Shown: in pieces, positions 57,054-64,000 of the stretch
How the letters are laid out: every line of letters begins with the position of its first letter
Position numbering within the stretch: the first letter of the stretch is position 1
Assembly: GCA_000993685.1 (NCBI GenBank)
Contig: LBWP01000002.1
Location: forward strand, 7,993 to 71,992
DNA length: 64,000 bases
Source of the DNA: Candidatus Woesebacteria bacterium GW2011_GWA1_39_21
GTDB taxonomy: Bacteria; Patescibacteriota; Microgenomatia; UBA8517
Direction of reading: 5' to 3'
Made by a program: the position numbers and the translations under genes
Notes under the pieces: model-generated
What the model was told of the DNA's origin: nothing
Databases searched by the model: none
Seen by the model: the letters and a program-made list of their open reading frames with translations, nothing else

Positions 57054-58019
57054 ATGTCGTATCTTCTTCTAGCACTAATTGTTATTTTTTCCGTCGTTTT
57101 GATTAAGTCGGCGGACATGACGGTTGTTGGGTTGCGGAAAGTGACAGGGCGGGCGCATTTAATTGGTCTGACCGCGATCATTGTTGCAATTGGAACATCT
57201 TTTCCGGAATTCTTCGTAGCGATTACATCTGCGATCGAAAATAAACCACGTTTATCTTTGGGAGTTGCACTTGGCTCGAATATCGCCAATATTGCCCTCA
57301 TTGGTGCCGGATCAGCAATTCTTTCCGGTAGGGTCTCAATTTCCGAAAAGGTGATGAATAAAATTGTCTGGATTAGTTTAATTTGTGGAATGCTTCCATA
57401 CGCTCTTCTTTTAGACGGCAGTCTAAGCAGGGTAGATGGAATTATTATGCTTTTAGTTTATGCGGCATACATCCTTAGTTTTTTCCGACAATATAACGAA
57501 CGGGCGCAGGAGGAATACCAAAAAGGCATCTCGTTTACAAAATTAATTCGTAAAATTGAGCATTTTGCGGAAGATAAATGGAGGAGCATCGCGGCAATTT
57601 TTATTGGAATTTCTTTAATGCTTTTTTCTGCAGACACGATCGTCAAGTTTTCGAACCTTTTAGCCGAAAGGGTCAACATTCCGATTTTTGTGATCGGACT
57701 TTTTATCTTGGCGATCGGAACGTCGCTTCCCGAGTTTGCATTTTCTTTAAGATCGCTAAAAGATCATGAGCCACAGATGTTTATTGGAAATCTTTTGGGG
57801 TCAGTGGTTGCCAATACGACTTTAGTCATCGGAACATCTGTCTTGATTAGTCCAATATATTCGCTTAATGTTTCAAGTTATCTAGTCCCAGGTTTAACTT
57901 TTGTTGCCGTTTATCTTCTTTTTTATTACTTCATCCGAACAAAAAGTAGATTGGAAAGATGGGAAGCCGGGATTTTACTTTTAATTTACATTGTGTTTTT
58001 TTTGATAGAATTAAGGTAG
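57054..58019 (+). CDS. Ca2+/Na+:cation antiporter (YrbG-like)
   Basis: Two alpha repeats GTSFPE/GTSLPE, GSNIAN/GSVVAN. Confidence 0.92.
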   Translation: MSYLLLALIVIFSVVLIKSADMTVVGLRKVTGRAHLIGLTAIIVAIGTSFPEFFVAITSAIENKPRLSLGVALGSNIANIALIGAGSAILSGRVSISEKVMNKIVWISLICGMLPYALLLDGSLSRVDGIIMLLVYAAYILSFFRQYNERAQEEYQKGISFTKLIRKIEHFAEDKWRSIAAIFIGISLMLFSADTIVKFSNLLAERVNIPIFVIGLFILAIGTSLPEFAFSLRSLKDHEPQMFIGNLLGSVVANTTLVIGTSVLISPIYSLNVSSYLVPGLTFVAVYLLFYYFIRTKSRLERWEAGILLLIYIVFFLIELR

Positions 58020-58091
58020 TCCCGGTTGGATAGCACAAAGTGCATCCAACGGGATCCCGTGAGATAGCTTGAAAAGCTTATCTCACTGGGA
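58020..58091. repeat. Two abutting bulged palindromes in opposite orientation
   Basis: TCCCGgTTGGATaGCAC-AAA-GTGCATCCAACGGGA then TCCCGTGAGATAGCTT-GAA-AAGCtTATCTCACtGGGA. Confidence 0.7.
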
Positions 58092-58106
58092 GGGGGTGAG
58101 TAAGTT

Positions 58107-58442
58107 ATGGCTGATGATAAAAAAGGTGTAACAGGTCTTCCCAAAAATACGGCAGGGGCACTGTCTTATGTTTTAGGGCCCTTATCAGGAGTGGTTTTTC
58201 TGATTCTCGAGAAGGATCCGTTTGTTAAATTTCACGCAATGCAGTCGATTGTTGTTTTTGGAGTGATCTTTATATTGCAGTGGGCTTTTGCAATAACAAT
58301 TTTCCTTGCTCCTTTAAGCGGTCTTTTAGCAATATTGGCTTTTGTGGCGTGGCTAATGCTAATTTATAAAGCGTGGAGAGGTGAAGAGTGGGAAGTTCCG
58401 CTTTTGGGGAAATACGCAAGAATATTTGTTAAGAAGGTCTAA
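58107..58442 (+). CDS. DUF4870-like membrane protein
   Basis: ALSY..FVKFHAMQS..KAWRGE..VPLLG; RBS GGGGGTGA. Confidence 0.85.
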   Translation: MADDKKGVTGLPKNTAGALSYVLGPLSGVVFLILEKDPFVKFHAMQSIVVFGVIFILQWAFAITIFLAPLSGLLAILAFVAWLMLIYKAWRGEEWEVPLLGKYARIFVKKV

Positions 58443-58595
58443 ACGGTTTGCTGATGGTGAGTAAGGTGGGACGGGTCATTCGCCGGATATTGTTTTGTCG
58501 GTTTTGAAGTAAGCACTAAGACTGACAGCTGATTATTTTTAAGAATACTGCATAAACCTCTGAAAGAATCTGACTGCTTAAAAAGTCGGGAAAAG

Positions 58596-59267
58596 ATGAT
58601 TAAAACCATCAGGGATGAGTATGGTTTAGTCTCCCCGCAAGTGCTTGGTGTAATGTTGAAAGTTCCACGGCACGAATTTGTCCCAAAAGGGTTTCAAAAA
58701 GTTGCTTACGAAGACAAGCCGATCGAAATTGGTTTTGGGCAGACGATGAGCCAACCTTACACTGTTGCAATGATGACACATCTTGCAACAGAAATTCCAA
58801 ATACCAAATACCAGTTTTCAAACAGATTGCAAAATACAAATAGAACGAGTGGTAAGATAAAAAGACGTAAAGTTTTGGAAATTGGAACAGGGTCGGGTTA
58901 CCAGGCGGCGCTTCTGTCTTATTTTTTTGACGAGGTTTATACAATAGAAATCATTCCCCAATTGTCGGAATTTGGTAGAAACAATCTTTTCCGGTTGGGG
59001 TATAAAAATGTTTTCGTCAGAGAGGGAAGCGGAGAATACGGATGGAAAGAAAAATCTCCTTTTGACGCAATAATAATTACCGCCGCACTTGAGAAAGACC
59101 TACCGCCAGTTCTGAAAACCCAACTTGTTAAAGGTGGAATTTTAGTGGCCCCGATTGGACCGCGGTATTCGCAGGTTATGACCAGATTTGCGAGGTTAAA
59201 AAACGGGAAATTTAAAAAGGAGGAATTCCAGAAGTTTGTTTTTGTACCTTTTGTAAGAAACGAATAA
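58596..59267 (+). CDS. pcm: Protein-L-isoaspartate O-methyltransferase
   Basis: VPRHEFV, GQTMSQP, VLEIGTGSGYQAA, PFDAIIITAA, FVP. Confidence 0.93.
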   Translation: MIKTIRDEYGLVSPQVLGVMLKVPRHEFVPKGFQKVAYEDKPIEIGFGQTMSQPYTVAMMTHLATEIPNTKYQFSNRLQNTNRTSGKIKRRKVLEIGTGSGYQAALLSYFFDEVYTIEIIPQLSEFGRNNLFRLGYKNVFVREGSGEYGWKEKSPFDAIIITAALEKDLPPVLKTQLVKGGILVAPIGPRYSQVMTRFARLKNGKFKKEEFQKFVFVPFVRNE

Positions 59268-59332
59268 AAATCACCGATATCGTAGGGTGAAAATTATTTA
59301 AATCGGGGATTAACCTGACGTTTCAATTTTAT

Positions 59333-59374
59333 TCAAACTGCGCCAAAACCGTGGACTCTTAGTACACGGATGAA
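59333..59374 (+). mobile_element. Degenerate IS200/IS605-type left end
   Basis: TTAT(59329)|TCAAACTGCGCCAAAA-CCGTGGACT-CTT-AGTACACGG-ATGAA. Confidence 0.5.
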
Positions 59375-59479
59375 AGGAGGGAGCGATCAAATGGTTCTGC
59401 CAGCTCACCATCTTAAGTAAAAACTGAAGAACTTGTTAAGCCCAAAGGGCGAGAATACAGAGGGCTTTTCCTCGGTAGT

Positions 59480-59776
59480 TTATTTTCCAGGTTCAAAGGG
59501 GGTTATGATTTCAGCTATTACTTTAATTCCCGCTTTTCCCAACTGTCCTTCTTGCACTTTCAAAAATCCATCAACCGCCTTTTTATTTTCCGCCGGAGTG
59601 CCTCCATAGCGGCTACCGATAAATACACGTTTTATTTTATTCGTTTCAGTGGAAACAGCTCTGGGTGTGTTAAAAAGGTTGTTGGGATCTTCTATTATTG
59701 CTTCAAGCGTGACACCTAAACCTTCTTGTTCTTTTCCTGTTGAGATTCGGATTGGTGGATAAGTAGTTTTCGCCAT
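59480..59776 (-). CDS. Hypothetical protein
   Basis: RBS AAGGGGTGA, 98 aa. Confidence 0.6.
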   Translation of the reverse strand: MAKTTYPPIRISTGKEQEGLGVTLEAIIEDPNNLFNTPRAVSTETNKIKRVFIGSRYGGTPAENKKAVDGFLKVQEGQLGKAGIKVIAEIITPFEPGK

Positions 59777-59828
59777 CTTTTATCACCCCTTTTTTAATTA
59801 AAACCGATTATAGTTTAAAATAGTTATT

Positions 59829-60389
59829 ATGCAACTAATAGTAGGACTTGGTAATCCAGGGGAGAGGTACAAAAATGCAAGACACAATACAGGGTTTTTA
59901 GTTTTAGAAAAAATAAAAACCGAATTAGCCAAATCGCAATTTTCAATTTCCAAACAAATAACAAATAACAATTTTCGGGAGGAAAACAGGTTTAAGGCCG
60001 AAGTATTGAAACTGGGCAATGTAATGTTAGCAAAACCCACAACGTTTATGAATGACTCCGGCCTTGCAGTTTCAAAAATCGCTAATTTTTATAAGATTGC
60101 TCTGGGTGATATCTACGTTATTCACGACGATTTGGACCTTCGTTTGGGCGAATACAAAATTCAAAAAGGAGTTGGTCCAAAACTGCATTACGGAATTGCG
60201 TCAATAGAAGAGAAACTTGGAAGTAAGGATTTTTGGAGAGTGCGGGTTGGTATTGACAGCAGAACGGTCGAAAACAGATTGTCTGGCGAAGAGTATGTTT
60301 TGCAAAATTTTAATGAGCAGGAAGAGGAAGTTTTTGAGGCGACTCTGGAAAGATTAACAGATGAGTTATTTAAAATGATTTTTAAGTGA
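59829..60389 (+). CDS. pth: Peptidyl-tRNA hydrolase
   Basis: LIVGLGNPG, RHNTGF, KPTTFMNDSG, IHDDLD, RVRVGI. Confidence 0.96.
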   Translation: MQLIVGLGNPGERYKNARHNTGFLVLEKIKTELAKSQFSISKQITNNNFREENRFKAEVLKLGNVMLAKPTTFMNDSGLAVSKIANFYKIALGDIYVIHDDLDLRLGEYKIQKGVGPKLHYGIASIEEKLGSKDFWRVRVGIDSRTVENRLSGEEYVLQNFNEQEEEVFEATLERLTDELFKMIFK

Positions 60390-60395
60390 ATTTAA

Positions 60396-60698
60396 ATGAC
60401 GGGTGCAAAAACATTTTCTACGGTCGGCGATGTTTTACAAAAATTCAATAAAAATGAAGACAAATACATCAGCCGCGAATTTCAGAAGTATGCTTACGGT
60501 CTTGCGAGAGAGTTGAATGATTTGGAACATAAATCGCTCTACATGAGATTGGCTAAAAATACCCCGAGGCCGCTTCTTGAAGTTGCTCGAAGTTTTGTCA
60601 AAGATGCTTATCAAGTAAAATCAAAAGCCAGATTGTTTATGTGGAAGCTTGCGAAGCTGAAAAGCGAGAAAGTTGACACACAAGAGGGGCGCAGGTAA
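60396..60698 (+). CDS. Conserved hypothetical protein
   Basis: ISREFQ.Y..LA.ELND..HKSLYMRLAK..LFMWKL. Confidence 0.75.
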   Translation: MTGAKTFSTVGDVLQKFNKNEDKYISREFQKYAYGLARELNDLEHKSLYMRLAKNTPRPLLEVARSFVKDAYQVKSKARLFMWKLAKLKSEKVDTQEGRR

Positions 60699-60827
60699 TA
60701 ACCGAGAACTCTTATGTGGAAGCTGAGCGAGTTAAGACGAGCGAAGCGCTCACTCAAGAGGAGTTGAGCGAAGCGAAAATCTCTTATCTGGAGGTTAAAG
60801 AAATTGAAAGAAGAAAATAATTCTTAA
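60637..60827 (+). repeat. Three tandem variants of the gene's 3' end separated by conserved hairpins
   Basis: TTAT junctions at 60637, 60712, 60784 give FMWKLAKLK, LMWKLSELR, LIWRLKKLK; linkers CAAGAGG..CGARAA(T)CTCTTAT. Confidence 0.7.
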
Positions 60828-60841
60828 TTAGCTGTTTTTTT

Positions 60842-61810
60842 ATGTCTTTACAAGGTAATTGGGTAGATTTAGTAATAATCCTAGTTCTGCTGTATTTCTT
60901 TCTTGATTCTTTTAGACATAATTTTTTTGTCATTTTGATTGAGTTCCTTTCGTTTTTGATATCTCTTCTTTTGGGAATCCGTTTTTATAATCAGGTTGCA
61001 AAACTATTTTCTGTAAACTTTTCAATATCGACAACAGTTTCAAAGCCAGTCGGCTTTTTCATTACCGTTGCCATCACCGAGTTATTTGTTGCGGCCCTGA
61101 TGTTTTACATTTTGAAAAAACTTCCCGCATACATAAAAAATTTAAAGACACTCAAATATTATAAATTTATTGTTGGACTATTGGATGGTCTACTGATCAT
61201 CTCCTTTCTTATTCCATTGGTACTTTCATTTCCGGTTCCGACCTTGATTAAAGACAGTATTGCAGGTTCAAAAATCGGAAATTTTATTTACACCAACACA
61301 ATAGTTTTTGAGAGAAATTATAAAGATATTTTTGGGGGTGTAGTTGAAGAGGGGATGAATCTTTTAACCGTTAAGCCGGAAAGTAGCACCAGTGTTCCGT
61401 TAAATGTTAAGAGTGTAAGTTTAACGATTGATTATGAAAGTGAAAACAATATGGTTAATTTAGTTAATTTAGAAAGAAAAAAGGTTGACGTCGCGCCTTT
61501 GGCAGTAAGACCCGAGATAGTTGAAATTGCTAGAAACTACGCGAAAGAAATGTGGCAACGCAGTTATTTCTCCCACTACTCACCAGAAGGAGAAGATGTT
61601 GCCGACAGATTGGGGAAGGCAGGGGTTTCTTTCCGAGTGGTGGGGGAAAATTTAGCACTGGCTCCGACACTTCTTGTTGCACATACAGGGTTGATGAATT
61701 CCGAGGGTCACAAAAAAAATATTTTAGACGTAGCATATCGCCAAGTAGCAATTGGTGTAGTTGACAATGGGATTTACGGCAAGATTTTTGTGCAGATTTT
61801 CACCGATTAG
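60842..61810 (+). CDS. CvpA + CAP/SCP domain protein
   Basis: NWVDLVII N-terminal TMs; VNLER, YFSH.SPEG, GENLA, LMNSEGHKKNIL. Confidence 0.9.
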   Translation: MSLQGNWVDLVIILVLLYFFLDSFRHNFFVILIEFLSFLISLLLGIRFYNQVAKLFSVNFSISTTVSKPVGFFITVAITELFVAALMFYILKKLPAYIKNLKTLKYYKFIVGLLDGLLIISFLIPLVLSFPVPTLIKDSIAGSKIGNFIYTNTIVFERNYKDIFGGVVEEGMNLLTVKPESSTSVPLNVKSVSLTIDYESENNMVNLVNLERKKVDVAPLAVRPEIVEIARNYAKEMWQRSYFSHYSPEGEDVADRLGKAGVSFRVVGENLALAPTLLVAHTGLMNSEGHKKNILDVAYRQVAIGVVDNGIYGKIFVQIFTD

Positions 61811-61837
61811 AAACAGACGAAATCAACAAAAAAAATA

Positions 61838-62023
61838 TTAATCAATATCACACGGCTGTTTTAAAACGCAGGTTAAGTGTCCGTTATGTCCACAGGTTGT
61901 GCATGGACAAGTATTTCTGATGGTTGTTGATTCGGAAGAACCATAAACGATGGGTGTTTGCATTTGGTTGACACTCTTGTCCTGATCCGTAATCTGTTCG
62001 ATTATTACACTTTCTGTTGCCAT
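61838..62023 (-). CDS. 61-aa peptide with Cys/His-rich C-terminus
   Basis: RBS AAGGGGGTGA before ATG 62023; CPCTTCGHNGHLTCVLKQPC. Confidence 0.6.
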   Translation of the reverse strand: MATESVIIEQITDQDKSVNQMQTPIVYGSSESTTIRNTCPCTTCGHNGHLTCVLKQPCDID

Positions 62024-62063
62024 ATTTTTCACCCCCTTTTTCTTTTTGGCGGATTTGTCAGTT

Positions 62064-63074
62064 TTAAAATCTGTTATCGACATCAAGGACGTGAATTTTT
62101 TGACCAATCCCACCTTCTGGAATTTGATAATCTCGAATCTCAACTACAGAACCTTCACCAAAAATATTGTTTGCTCTTTCAACAGCCTCCTGAATTAGAA
62201 ATTTGTCCTGATTCAGAGTTTTAAGGATTACTGCTGCGGTTTTAAAATTAATATTGTTAAAAGAAAAAGTTGTTTGGTTGAGTGATTTTACCGGATGTTT
62301 CGGCTCTCTCAACCCTTTTAGAACTGTATTGATGTCGAAGGAGTAAGAATTTTCGTATTTGAATAAATCTTCAAAATTTGGAGTGTTAATTTGTATGGAT
62401 GGGATTAAACTGTCTGGGTTGTCCAGCTCACGAGCATGTAGAATTCCTGTTCCGATGTTTAGTTCTGCACCAGATTCTGATTTTCTGACTTTAATATGAT
62501 AAGCTTGGGTTTGTAGTAATTCATTATCGTCGTGGATCATTAAAAAGGTATCGTCTGGTACTCTTTTGACAAAATCGCTGATTGAATTGAGTTTTATGCT
62601 CTGGCCGTTTTCCTTTAGAATTAATTTTCTTTTGTCTTCTTCAATATTGATGGCTAAAAGCATTGGTTCCGAAACACTAACACCATTGTGGTTAGCGCCA
62701 TTTCTATTTTGATAGGGTCTGGCGGTTCTAACCACCAGGCTATTTGCTGGAGGAAGGCCAAGTCCTTGGTTTATCTGATTTGATAAATGAAGAATTTTTA
62801 TAAAGTCCTTTTCGTTCATTGCACGAACTATTTGTGAGTCGATGACGGTCGTTGCCAAGCCGTTTAAACCAGCCTCGTTAATTTGTAAGCGTTTTTTAAT
62901 TTTGTTTGGCAGGATGTTGATATACAACCTTAGGCTTTCTGGAATATTTTTCGCAATAATAATACTATTTTTATTCAGCTGATGGCAGGACTCTGGAGTT
63001 GTGTTTTCGACTTTTCCGTAACCAAATTCTTTCATAATATCGTGAATAATATTTGAATTTTGAACTTGATTCAT
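62064..63074 (-). CDS. Hypothetical protein, possibly divergent ATP-grasp/PPDK_N-like
   Basis: Long ORF; LVVRTA, ELNIGTG, VVEIR..IHVLD loosely echo the PPDK N-terminal motifs; start uncertain. Confidence 0.55.
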   Translation of the reverse strand: MNQVQNSNIIHDIMKEFGYGKVENTTPESCHQLNKNSIIIAKNIPESLRLYINILPNKIKKRLQINEAGLNGLATTVIDSQIVRAMNEKDFIKILHLSNQINQGLGLPPANSLVVRTARPYQNRNGANHNGVSVSEPMLLAINIEEDKRKLILKENGQSIKLNSISDFVKRVPDDTFLMIHDDNELLQTQAYHIKVRKSESGAELNIGTGILHARELDNPDSLIPSIQINTPNFEDLFKYENSYSFDINTVLKGLREPKHPVKSLNQTTFSFNNINFKTAAVILKTLNQDKFLIQEAVERANNIFGEGSVVEIRDYQIPEGGIGQKIHVLDVDNRF

Positions 63075-63132
63075 TGACAGTCCTGTCAATGAAAGCTTAT
63101 TTCCAGGCACAGAAGTGATATAATCGCTTAAG

Positions 63133-64000
63133 TTGCTAACAAGTCTTTCAAGGGCGCTTCAAAAATACTATTTCCGAAAAGGGAATCGGATTATTTTCTC
63201 CAACGGAATGTCATTAAATAAACTTGCTTTGGAAATGTGGGAAAGGCTGGGCTGTTCTGGTGTTGACCCAAGTGTATTATCTAAATCGCTTAGTGGGCAA
63301 CGGTTGTTAACATCTACCCAACTGGACATATTATGTAAATCCTTGAGGTTATCTAAAACAGAGAAACACAAGTTAAATGAGAATCTCAAGAAGGACATCT
63401 TAGATAGGTATGATTTGAAATACGTCGATGAAGACAGTGGCTCGAGTCAGAACGTGGCTCTACTCGAATTGGGGCTGAAATCCGCCAAGGATTTTATGAA
63501 AAAAGGACAGCCAAAATATACGTTAGGGTATATTGATTCTTTAGTTGATATTATTGCCAATACAAAAAAAAGTTGTGGGCAAAGAAATATCGAAAGAATC
63601 GATACTATTTCAGCAGAATTATATGTCGAATATATGGACTGTATGTATAGTGTTGTCAGCGAAAAAGAAATATTTAATCGATCGAAGTACCCCCTGAGAG
63701 TAATACGGGGAGTAGGAGAAAAATACAAGAACGAGAAATTAATAAACAGTTATTATTCGCTTTTGGCGAGTACGTATTATATTGGGAAAAACCCCGGTAA
63801 AACAATTCCTTGTGTGTATAAACACATGGATGTGGATAAAATTGACGATTTTCAAAAAATGACGGCTTTAAGGGCAGCGTTGATTTCTAGTGGACAAATT
63901 GGTAGAGGAGATCTTGTAAAACATAATTATCAAACGCTAATTGACTTGTCAAAGGATTGGAGCGATTCATACAAAGTTAATGTTTATGATGGGGTAGCTA
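63133..64000 (+). CDS. XRE-HTH + helical (TPR-like) regulator, truncated by the window end
   Basis: Open frame from TTG 63133/ATG 63208 to the end; GVDPSVLSKSLSGQRLLT..QLDILCKSLRL HTH-like; absent from the ORF track because it has no stop. Confidence 0.65.
   Translation, partial: MLTSLSRALQKYYFRKGNRIIFSNGMSLNKLALEMWERLGCSGVDPSVLSKSLSGQRLLTSTQLDILCKSLRLSKTEKHKLNENLKKDILDRYDLKYVDEDSGSSQNVALLELGLKSAKDFMKKGQPKYTLGYIDSLVDIIANTKKSCGQRNIERIDTISAELYVEYMDCMYSVVSEKEIFNRSKYPLRVIRGVGEKYKNEKLINSYYSLLASTYYIGKNPGKTIPCVYKHMDVDKIDDFQKMTALRAALISSGQIGRGDLVKHNYQTLIDLSKDWSDSYKVNVYDGVA

Noticed and set aside
1-64000. CRISPR array, cas genes, rRNA, reverse transcriptase, autonomous transposase
   Set aside because: None seen; repeats lack constant repeat/spacer periodicity

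Overview
Chromosomal segment of a low-GC, code-11 bacterium. The gene set and repeat style suggest Patescibacteria/CPR, Microgenomates-like (inference). It carries housekeeping genes (dnaG, rpoD, efp/epmA, znu/zur, two class A PBPs, trpS, ftsH, mutM, recF, purA, ATP-dependent ligase, pth), several GT-C glycosyltransferases, and an unusual nrdR-nrdJ-nrdJ-nrdJ-pduO operon whose three class II RNR paralogs differ in the specificity loop. The most striking structure is non-coding. (i) Two tRNA loci are built from a complete tRNA plus stacked 5' and/or 3' tRNA halves broken at the anticodon loop, with conserved linkers and a hairpin ending in (T/C)CAT. (ii) A tRNA(CAU) with a group I intron at the same anticodon position lies next to an HTH/LAGLIDADG-like gene. 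(iii) There is a rare tRNA-Ile(UAU). (iv) A protein gene is followed by two spare in-register C-terminal tails, each preceded by a conserved hairpin ending in TTAT. (v) Several IS200/IS605-type end hairpins sit 16-18 nt after TTAT. Together these hint at a TYAT-junction, hairpin-guided gene-end/tRNA replacement system (hypothesis). Also seen: an ultrashort-Stem-I Trp T-box, a 6S-like rod RNA upstream of rpoD, in-frame heptamer-repeat inserts in four enzymes, a 5'-3' exonuclease-nucleotidyltransferase fusion, and pervasive apparently leaderless genes. All calls are from manual reading; no searches were run.
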